Below, in pieces: positions 53,904 to 64,000 of a stretch of DNA of 64,000 nucleotides. Under the pieces are notes generated by a model. It made no database searches and was not told the origin of the DNA. It saw nothing but the letters and a program-made list of their open reading frames with translations. Each line of letters begins with the position of its first letter. Within the stretch, counting starts at the first letter, position 1. Made by a program: the position numbers and the translations under genes. The stretch comes from Octopus sinensis (Eukaryota), in assembly GCF_006345805.1 (NCBI RefSeq), contig NC_043012.1, positions 23,498,001 through 23,562,000 of the forward strand. Direction: 5' to 3'.

Positions 53904-54134
53904 ATAAGGAAATAATTTTGTGTTTGAGAATAAAATTATTTCCTTATCTTTTATTACATCCCAATGCTTCTAAAGCAAACTTTGTTTACTTTCATCCTAA
54001 TTTGAATTTAAGAATTCTTACACTTTTGATCAATAGAGTATATTGGCCAGGATACTGGAGTAGGTGGCCAGGTCTTTCCTCAGGCCAGAGCCGTTAACCA
54101 GCATACTTACCATATACCATTGCCACCCCCAGCA

Positions 54135-54482
54135 CCATGGTGAGGAGAATGATTGAGCTTTGGACAGCGAGGCTCACCAATGGAGAAGTTCTTAAGCAGA
54201 TAAGGCCAAAAATGCCGCTAGAAGCTATGATCACCAAGCATAGATTGGCATATTTCGGTCATATTATGCAGAGAAAATCCCTGGAGAAGGACATCATGCT
54301 CAGAATGGTCAGTGGCAAGAGAGGACGAGGCCGACCAAGAACCCGCTGGCTTGACACCATCAAAAGTGATACCGGAATGGACACAGCCAATCTGAAAGAA
54401 GTGGCCCAGGATAGAACTGACTGGAGGACACTGATCCAATGAGTGACAGAGAGTCGACCTTGACTGAGTGGATAGAGAGAGA
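54135..54482 (+). mobile_element. BovB-like RTE LINE 3' end
   Basis: ORF 54137..54442 reads WTARLTNGEVL..RLAYFGHIMQRKSLEKDIML..GKRGRGRPRTRWLD..DRTDWR, then *VTESRP. This parallels the BovB C-terminus LQYFGHLMRR.DSLEK.LMLG..GRRRRGRQRMRWLD..DREAWR. Confidence 0.9.
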
Positions 54483-54682
54483 GAATTTGAATTTATATAT
54501 ATATATATATATATGACAGACTTCTTTCAGTTTCTGTCTACCAAATCTGCTCACAAGGCTACGGTTGGCCTCAGGCAACAAAAGAGGTTTGCCTAAGGTG
54601 CTCCACAGTGAAACTGAACATGGAACCATGTGCTTGGGCCGCAAACTTTTTACCACACAGCCACATCTGCAACTATATACAT

Positions 54683-54734
<52 letters not shown>

Positions 54735-55381
54735 GAGAGAGAGAGAGAGAGAGAGATAAACAGATATGTACAAATGTATGTGTGTATATATATATATATA
54801 TGTGCATATGTATGCATATATGTATGTGTATATATGTATATATAAACACACACATATACATATGTGTATGTAGGTGTATGTTCATGTGTGTGTGTGTTTG
54901 TGTGTGTATGAATGACACTGTTTTTCATTGTAGATGTCATGCAGCTTTTCGTTTTTTAAAAATACATAATACTACAAAATCACATTTCAAATGAGAAGAA
55001 CATACTTGACATTTAATGATGTCTAGCAGATGTGCTTATAGAATTTTAGAGGACTTTGTTATTTCATTACAGTTGGTTCTTCATCTTATTTGTTTCTATT
55101 ATAATAAAGTCTTAGGAGAGAAAGCGAGAGAGAGAGAGAGTGTCTATAGGCTGTTTAAGACTTCCTTGACTGTGGCACAGTGACAAGAGGATAATGTCAG
55201 TAAGGTTGCAACAGTTAATGTTATGTGTGAATTTTTGAAGGTCAGTTGAGATGTAAAAAAAAAAACAAAAAAAACAAGGCAAGAAAGAGGACTGGTTTGG
55301 AAGGGATGTTGTTATAGAAGGTGAGAAGAAGGAAATGATGGAAAAGGGAACAAGGGAAATAGGAATATTTACATCAGTGAT

Positions 55382-56180
55382 GGTGGCAAACTGGCAGAAA
55401 CATTAGCATGCCGGGCGAAATGCTTAGCATTATTTTGTCTGCCGTTACATTCTGAGTTCAAATTCCGCCGAGGTCGACTTTACCTTTCATCCTTTCAGGG
55501 TCAATAAATTAAGTACCAGTTACGCACTGGGGTCGATGTCATCGACTTAATCCCTTTTTCAGTCCTTGTTTGTCCCCTCTATGTTTAGCCCCTTGTGAGT
55601 AGTAAAGAAGTAGATATTACGTCTGCCACTACGTTCTGAGTTCAAATTCCGCTGAGGTCGACTTTACCTTTCATCCTTTCGGGGTCGATAAATTAAGTAC
55701 CAGTTACGCACTGGGGTCGATGTCATCGACTTAATCCCTTTTTCAGTCCTTGTTTGTCCCCTCTATGTTTAGCCCCTTGTGAGTAGTAAAGAAGTAGATA
55801 TTACGTCTGCCACTACGTTCTGAGTTCAAATTCCGCTGAGGTCGACTTTACCTTTCATCCTTTCGGGGTCGATAAATTAAGTACCAGTTACGCACTGGGG
55901 TCGATGTCATCGACTTAATCCCTTTGTCGGTCCTTGTTTGTCCCCTCTATGTTTAGCCCCTTGTGGGCAATAAAGAAATAAGAAACGTTAGCACGCTGGC
56001 CAAAATGCTTAGTGGTATTTCGTCTGTATTTACATTCTGAGTTCAAATTCTGCTAAAGTCAACTTTGCCGTCCATCCTTTCAGGGTCAATAAATTAAGTA
56101 TTAGTTGTGTACTGGGGTCGATCTAATCAACTGCCCCCGCTCCCCAAAAATTTCAGACCTTGTACCAAGAGTAGAAAAGA
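55382..56180 (+). mobile_element. SINE B tandem array (184-bp period, 3 units) plus a fourth B-like copy
   Basis: TAC(A/G)TTCTGAGTTC recurs at 55446, 55630 and 55814. Confidence 0.92.
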
Positions 56181-56532
56181 AATTTACATCAGAGGTTCTC
56201 AACCGGGGCCCATAAGGCCCTTGGGAGTACATATTAGATCATTGTTGCTGTTAACAAGAAAGACACAAAATACTTTAACAATTATTTTAATACAATTCCT
56301 AATGATATTCAGTCACAAAAATAAAAATGGATTCTTTAAACAGTAGTGGATGTGTGGTAAGAAGCTTGTTTCCCAACCACATGTTTCGAGGTTCTGTTCC
56401 TCTGCATGGCACCTAGGGCAAATGTTCTCTATTATAGCCACAGACCAACCAAAACCTTGTGAGTGGATTTGGTAGAGAGAAACTGAAAGAAGCCCACTCT
56501 GTGTGTGCGTGTGTGTGTGTGTGTGTGGTGTG

Positions 56533-56575
<43 letters not shown>

Positions 56576-56769
56576 CACATATATGTATGTGTATCTATGA
56601 GGGTTGTCTTTGTGTCTGTGTTGTGCACCACCACTTGTAATTGAGTTACCCTCTCCCTCACAATTTCAAGCCTAGTGCTTATAGTAAGAAGAATTATTAT
56701 TATTGTAATTATAATGATAATAATAATAATAATAATTATTATTATTATTATTATTATTATGAATCGTTA

Positions 56770-57200
56770 AAAGCTAGTGGGCATACACAACACATGGCCA
56801 TAGTGGAAAATCACTAGCAACACATGAACTTGAATATTTTGAATGCTACAGCTTTCATCTTTTGAAGAATAAATCAAGTTACGAATGCCAACCAAATTCT
56901 TGACAATTATATAATTCTTGACAAAAATCATTAAAAAATTTCAAGACACATACACATTATATATATATATATATATATGAATGTGTGAATATAAATATAT
57001 ATATATTTATATAAACATCAAGATACACAAAAAAAACTTATTCAAAGATTTAAAAGTTTGTCTTACAAATAATGATTTAAAATAGATACGTAAGTTTTGA
57101 TTGTTTTAAAATATTCGATAAATCTCAAGAAACATGAAATGATGACAGCTATTGTTTTGAAATGTTGGAGCCACTAAAATATAAAGAAATATATTCTCAC
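56770..57200 (+). mobile_element. Possible second Penelope-like 3' relic
   Basis: LNIFECYSFHL resembles the final GIY-YIG helix. A degenerate ATGATGA-CAGC..GAAATGTT motif lies at 57139-57167. Confidence 0.3.
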
Positions 57201-57312
57201 TAATTCAGGTACTCTATAACCGAAATAAAGATATTGGATATATTTTTCGATATATTCCTTTCCTTCAAGTCTAATTATTTCATGTTTTATGTGTAGATTT
57301 TTTTCCATATAT

Positions 57313-57428
<116 letters not shown>

Positions 57429-57677
57429 AAACACCCACAAACACAGATATATATATATATATATATATATGCACGTATACATGTGTATATAATTGTGTGT
57501 GTATGTGTGTAAAGAAGGATTCATGTGAGAATGTGACAAGCAAAGGAATCAACTTAAATTTTAAATTCCAATATTTATAATTGAAAGCTGAATAAACTTC
57601 CAGTCTTTTAGTCCATGGTCTTTGAACAAGCTGTTCACTTCTCTTAGGTTACATTTCTGAAACGTTCTTCATATTTT

Positions 57678-57708
<31 letters not shown>

Positions 57709-57802
57709 CCTTTATCCTGAGAGATTAACATTACTGTTTTCATTTTCATGTTATATTAACGTGCTGGGATTTTGCAACAGGGGAATGTGTACGTGTGTGT
57801 AT

Positions 57803-57838
<36 letters not shown>

Positions 57839-58049
57839 TATATATATACATATATATATACACACACATATATATATAATAAGCTTTCACCATATATTGA
57901 CAATAGAAAATAGTCAAATGTTAGGGCTTATAAACTCACATAATGGCAAAAATGGGCATTAGTACACATAGCAATGAAACCCATACCTCTTATTGTTACA
58001 ATAAGTGTATTTACTGAATATACATACATACACATGCACACATATACAT

Positions 58050-58087
<38 letters not shown>

Positions 58088-58089
58088 GT

Positions 58090-58285
58090 GACCTCGTGTG
58101 TACCGTTGGCGATTTTTTTTCCTCTGTCTTCCCTTCTCTGGATCTTTCCTTCATTGTTTCCGATGAAGAGCTCCGCTCGAAACGTTAAACCCTCCTTCTT
58201 TCCTGAGCGTCCAATAATACTATATTTGTTCCACGTCCTCGTGTTGTTGTGTTTTTTGGTGCTTTCTTGTTTGGATTGACTTTAC
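58090..58285 (+). ncRNA. Hammerhead-motif short element, subfamily A, complete, inserted in (TA)n
   Basis: GTTT-CCGATGA-A-GAGC-TCC-GCTC-GAAACGT-T-AAAC at 58156-58190; TA repeats on both flanks. Confidence 0.65.
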
Positions 58286-58330
<45 letters not shown>

Positions 58331-59145
58331 TGTATATATATGTGTGTGTGTGTGTTAAATATAATTGTTTTTTTAGAAATTATATATTAATGCATAGGTG
58401 TGTGTGGATACATGAATGAGTGTGTGCATGTGTGAACATATATGCATAAATAAGATTTTTATGTGAAGATGCTTTGGAATGCATATCTATATCCACCGTC
58501 TCTGCATGTTTTGCATGTGTATATGTGTATGTATTTTTGCATATATGCATATTTTGTCATTTGTATGTAAATGTTTTTGCCTAGAGGTGCACATATTGAA
58601 TGTGTGTGTGTGCATGCATGTGAGTATATATGTACATGTATGTATATATATATATATATATAAGAAAACTGGGGTCCTTTCTGACTATGTTTCGTAATTT
58701 ATCTATTTTTCATCTTAGTTCAATCAACTTCTTCAACAAATTATAAAAGTGATCACTGATTCGTTCTCTCTGATCACTTTTATATCTTACCAAAGAAACT
58801 GAGGATCCTATGTTGTGGGCATATACATATATACAAGAAGAATATTGGTAACCTACCATCCACAAAACCACATGAACACACATTACAGCAGGAAACACAA
58901 CGAAGCGCAGTGGCCTAAAACTGCCTTACTCACTCAGAGTTAATACCACTGATGTAGGACCAAAAGCATAAGCAGTGCTCTCTTTTGCTGTTTGGTAAGA
59001 AGTTGGCTCCCCAACCACATGGATCTAGGTTCAGTCCCACTACATAACACCTTGGGCAAATGTCTTCTGCTACAGCCCTAGACCAACCAAAACCTTGTGA
59101 GGGGATTTGGGAGACAGAAACTGAAAGAAACCCATATATAATATA

Positions 59146-59456
59146 TCACGTGATCACGTGACCGACCGACCATCAGATGTTGCTACACATCGTGGTCACA
59201 ATGCGTTCGCATTGTTTTAGCCTTTGAATGACGCACCACGCGCTAAGTGAGCAGGCCAGAAGACAGAAGAAGAAAGAGCGAGAGAAAGTGTGGCGAAGAA
59301 AGTACAGCAGGGATGACCACCCTCTGTTGGAGTCTCGTGCGCCTTTTAGGTGTTTTCGCTCAATAAACACTCACACCGCCCTGTCTGAGAATCGAAACTG
59401 CGATCCTATGACGCGAGTCCGCTCCCTGCCCTAAACCACTAGGCCATTGCGCCTCC
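59146..59456 (-). mobile_element. SINE family E inserted into the microsatellite hinge of a SINE A (head 59005-59135, tail 59490-59685)
   Basis: Head GGAGGCGCAATGGCCTAGTGGTTTAG..GTTTCGATTCTC; CpG-rich; ends in GGTCGGTCACGTGATCACGTGA. Confidence 0.8.
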
Positions 59457-60610
59457 ATATAATATATATATATATATTCACACACGTGTGTCTTTTTTCC
59501 CCTGTTTCTGCCCACAGCTTACAACTAGTGTTGCTGTGACGACTCAGCAGTTCAACAAAAGAAACTAATAGAATAAGAACCAGCCTTAAAGAGAAAAAAA
59601 AGAGTACTGGGGTTGATTTGTTCCACTCAAACTCTTCAAGGCTGTGCCCCAGCATAGCTGCAGTCTAATGACAGAAACAATTAAAACTTACAAGCTACAA
59701 ATGTCATTTGTGCATTTAATGCCCTTTTTTCCCATTGTTGCATGGCATTAACAGAGAAACTACTTGAGACAGGATCTTCAGGAAGGATGTTCTTCCATTA
59801 CTGTTAACAAACCTTTACCAAGATTTCAAACAGTTGATCTTCTTCATTTTATAAAAATTCAAAAATCCAAGGGCAAGCGGAAGACTTACTGTCAGAAAAT
59901 GTCAACAAACATCATCATTTGTTGATGTTTGGTGAGCTACAGACATCTATATCAACTTTTTAACAGCTTTAGTTCAATGGAGGCATGTAGGTGAGGAGAA
60001 ATACAAACTTATAAAAACATGCATGCACATATGAGCATATATATACACATATACACATTTAAGGTATATTCTGTTTAGAATGTAGCAGAATACAAAATAG
60101 AGTTCGTTAATCCTTAGAATAACCAAATAGCTTCTAGTATTACAATATACTTCCAAGTCTAGATTTGGGCATTCTTCATTTGTGAAAATAAAATTTAGAA
60201 ATTCAAACAAGGCAGATGAATGTGTTAGCATCAAAGTCAAAGGTTTTGTAACTAATGGGGACAACAACTGAATATCACTTGAAGAAATACAACTGGATCC
60301 CATTATACAGGTATCTTGAAGGTGGTGCCCCAGCATGGCCACAGTCTAATGGCTGAAACAAGTCAACCATAAAAGATGTCATAAATACAATATATGTAAT
60401 ATACAATAAAATAAAATAATAATGATTAATTTTTGTTCATCTCATCAGACATCATTCTGTGAAACAACAGACTTTAAAAGAATAACAAACATACAATGTA
60501 GATTTATAACCCTTCATAGGTGTGTTGGTTCCATTCAGACATACATTCTTTTATTCTTTTACTTGTTTCAGTCATTTGATTGCAGCCATGCTGGAGCAGC
60601 ACCTTTAGTC

Positions 60611-60633
60611 AACCCTAACCCTAACCCTAACCC
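60611..60633. repeat. Short interstitial telomere-like repeat (AACCCT)x3.8
   Basis: AACCCTAACCCTAACCCTAACCC lies inside a SINE A tail. Confidence 0.8.
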
Positions 60634-60665
60634 CAGAATTTGCTCTTTGTAAGTCTAGTTCTTAC

Positions 60666-61128
60666 ATCACTCGGGATGATCTCCACATTTTGGTTCCTGA
60701 GGTTTCCTGAAGCACCATTCATAGGGTTTTGAGTGAAAAATTGCAATATCGGAAGGTGTGCACAAGATAGGTCCCACGAATGCTCACAGAAGACCATAAA
60801 TGGCAACCCACCTTATAGTCCAGACATCGCACCTAGTGACAACCACCTGTTCCCTAAGTTGAAAGAACATTTAGCTGCAACGATCTTCAGCAACTATGCC
60901 AAGGTGAAACATGAGGTTCAACGTCTCTTCAACAACATGGCGGTGAGCTGGTATGACATGGGGTCAAAAACTGCCCCAGCACAAACAAAAATGCATCAAC
61001 TGAAATGGCTGATTATGTAGCAAAATAGATAAATTTTCAAACTTTCAAATGATGTAAACATTATTGACAATAAACATTTCTCTGATTTCTAAATATTTTT
61101 GGAGACCTTTCTTTTGGGATTACCCTCG
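60666..61128 (+). pseudogene. Internally deleted mariner transposon relic
   Basis: IHRVLSEKLQYRKVCTR*VPRMLTEDHK is fused to PPYSPDIAPSDNHLFPKLKEHL..SWYD. A terminal-repeat-like end GGATTACCCTCG lies at 61117-61128. Confidence 0.88.
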
Positions 61129-61923
61129 TGTGTGTGTGTATATATATGTATATATATATGTATATATATGAGTGTGTGTGTATATATATATACACCCATG
61201 TATGCATGTATATGTATGTACATATATATATATATATATATATATACATACATACATACATGTATATATACATGCATACATACATATATGTGTATGTATA
61301 TATGCATATATTTGTATATGTATAAGCATTTATGCATGTGTGTGTATGTATTATATATATATATATATATATATATCTATACATACAAATACATACACGT
61401 ATGTGTGTATATATATGTGTGTGTGAGTGTGTCTGTGAAAGAGAGGAAAAAACAACTAAAAATGCAAAGGACAAGCTAATTCTGACATATTGGAAATTCG
61501 ACCTGGATGCAAAGATTTTGGTTTAATTAAAAGGAAGGAAGATTGCAGCACAGAAGTGAATTTCTCGGAGCACCCACACCTTAAAAGGTGAAAAAAATAT
61601 TTAACACACACACACACACACACAAAAAAAAAATATAAAAATTTCAAGGCAAATTAACTGGAATGGCAATGGATTTAAATTTGCCTCAAAAATAGTATCA
61701 GCTGTTACTGGTGTTTTTGTGTGAAAAATGAGAAAATAAAATTAAAATCAACAGAAAAAGGTAAAAATAAGCAATGCTATTTGAAAAGTCATTTGTCACT
61801 TCAGGTGGAATAATATCTCTTACTTGTTGTTCAGGATTTCTAAACAATATAAAAACTTTTTTTTTTTTCAAAAAAAGACTAAGTACCAATTGGACAGGCA
61901 ACGGAAAGCTTTCATCATATTAA

Positions 61924-61955
<32 letters not shown>

Positions 61956-62060
61956 AATAAAGTTTTATTTATTTCCTTTTAATAAAAATAATAAGAAGAA
62001 CATGAATGAATATATATTCATGCATATGTATGTAAACACATAGCTGTCTACCTATCTATC

Positions 62061-62101
<41 letters not shown>

Positions 62102-62218
62102 TAAATACACACACACACATATATGTATGTACATATATATATGTTATATATATGTCTGTATGTGTATATATGGATATATATCTATATATATAAATGTACA
62201 TAGATATATACATATATA

Positions 62219-62270
<52 letters not shown>

Positions 62271-62321
62271 TGTACCATAATATATACATTATATGTATAT
62301 ATATATGTATATATATATACA

Positions 62322-62720
62322 GGCGCAGGAGTGGCTGTGTGGTAAGTAGCTTGCTAACCAAACCACATGGTTCCGGGTTCAGTCCACTGCGTGGCACCTT
62401 GGCAAGTGTCTTCTGCTATAGCCCCAGGCCGACCAATGCCTTGTGAGTGGATTTGGTAGACGGAAACTGAAAGAAGCCTGTCGTATATATGTATATATAT
62501 GTATATGTATGTATGTGTGTGTTTGTGTGTCTGTGTTTGTACCCCTAGCATTGCTTGACAACCAATGCTGGTGTGTTTACGTCCCCATCACTTAGCGGTT
62601 CGGCAAAACAGACCGATAGAATAAGTACTGGGCTTACAAAGAATAAGTCCCGGGGTTGATTTGCTTGACTAAAGGCGGTGCTCCAGCATGGCCGCAGTCA
62701 AATGACTGAAACATGTAAAA
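62322..62720 (+). mobile_element. Young full-length SINE A (tail 1)
   Basis: Nearly colinear with 48805-49225; A box near 62332 and B box at 62376-62385. Confidence 0.95.
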
Positions 62721-62743
62721 AAAAATTTTTTAAATATATATAC

Positions 62744-62915
62744 AGGGAGAATTCATGAAAAAAACAAAAGACGATGACAGGTGGTGTAGAAAACAAACAG
62801 ATGTATTAGTATAACGCTTGGGAATGAAAAAGTCTTTAGCGTTTCAAGCCTACGCTCTTCCACAGAAAGAAACATGGAGAGAAAAAATATGTGTAGTGGC
62901 TAGCAATCTATCATG
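62744..62915 (-). mobile_element. Short hammerhead-motif element, subfamily B
   Basis: Minus strand reads TCTTT-CTGTGGA-A-GAGC-GTAG-GCTT-GAAACGC-T-AAAGA at 62870-62833. Confidence 0.72.
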
Positions 62916-62934
62916 GTGAATATATGTACACATA

Positions 62935-62984
<50 letters not shown>

Positions 62985-63082
62985 CATATATAAACATATA
63001 TATATATAATATATATATATACACATATATACATACATATATATATACATACACATCTATATATATATACATATATATATAC

Positions 63083-63117
<35 letters not shown>

Positions 63118-63220
63118 CATATATATATTACATATTATATATACATAATTATACATATAAACACATATATATAATACACAATATATATATTATATAACTA
63201 TATATACATACACATATACA

Positions 63221-64000
63221 CAGACATGTGGAATGTAACTAGACACCTTAATTTTGAAAAATTTCTGATCTAAGCATCTTAATAGGTTTTCAGCAGTGTA
63301 GGACTTTAATCCTAATTATGCTTTTTCATTCCAGGTGCCAGGATATTAAACATTTGCGAAGAGTAACCATGCCATGCACAAAAAATTCAGCAGAACTGTC
63401 AGATTTTCAAAGAAGTCAAATTGTTGGACAATCTCAGGCTGGTCTTAGCCAGTGAAAAATTGCCGAAAACCTCCAAATTCCTCTTACTACATCTAATAGA
63501 AATATAGTGCAATTTAAAAGCCAAGGAAAAGAATCAACAGGTTCTCATCCCAGCAGACCTGGGCCCTCGGAAAGGAAGCTTCGCTGTTTGAAGAGAATTG
63601 TGGAAAACAAACCCCGTTTGAAGGCTTCTGACATTGCAAAACAGCTAGAAGTTAGTCCAAGAACATGTGTTACATATCTGCATAAGCTTGGGTATTATGG
63701 ACGAGCAGCCAGAAGGAAACCTCTCCTTCAACCAATTAATACCATGGAAAGAAAGAAATGAGCTGAGGAGATGTCAGAAAAATCCAGTTCATTTTGGGAT
63801 AGAGTGATTTTCTCAGATGAATCCAGATTTGCACTATTTTGAGACAGTGGACATGTTTGAGTCTGGAGGCTTCCCAATCAAGAATTTGATTTGAAATGAC
63901 TCCAGCTAACTGTGAAACATGGCAGTATCTCTGTAATGGTATCAGGAGCTGATTGAATATTTTGGAACCATACACTCTGAAAAATACATCAAAATACTTA
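63221..64000 (+). pseudogene. Tc1-family transposon with disrupted transposase, running off the window end
   Basis: From the ATG at 63369: AELSDFQRSQIVG..S.*KIA..RPG..AARRKPLL..W(stop)..WDRVIFSDESRF..VWR..TVKHG..VMV..GTIHSEKYIKIL, with multiple in-frame TGA stops. Confidence 0.92.

Noticed and set aside
56190-56260. CAGAGGTTCTCAACC, a hAT-like terminal repeat
   Set aside because: No matching opposite end or 8-bp duplication found.

Overview
AT-rich, gene-poor eukaryotic DNA. The SINE, MITE and microsatellite content looks like an octopod cephalopod genome; this is an inference from repeat motifs. I found no intact host protein-coding gene. The ORF track is almost entirely microsatellite or SINE artefact, plus decayed transposon ORFs. 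The window is a dense, nested repeat landscape. It holds at least four tRNA-headed SINE families (my labels A, B, D, E) and an RTE-tailed retroposon (C). It also holds fragments of CR1/Jockey-type, RTE (including BovB-like) and R4/Dong-type LINEs, a Penelope-like element, TTAA MITEs, mariner and Tc1 relics, three minisatellites and many (TA)/(CA)/(TAA) tracts. Best lead: five dispersed short elements in or next to (TA)n tracts carry minimal, dimer-type hammerhead ribozyme folds with covarying stems, three of them with a non-canonical CUGUNGA core. A Penelope relic with its own decayed hammerhead lies in the same window and is a possible mobilising partner. Other leads are a 154-bp palindrome, a 63-bp inverted pair 2 kb apart, telomeric repeats replacing part of a SINE, and several candidate micro-exons.
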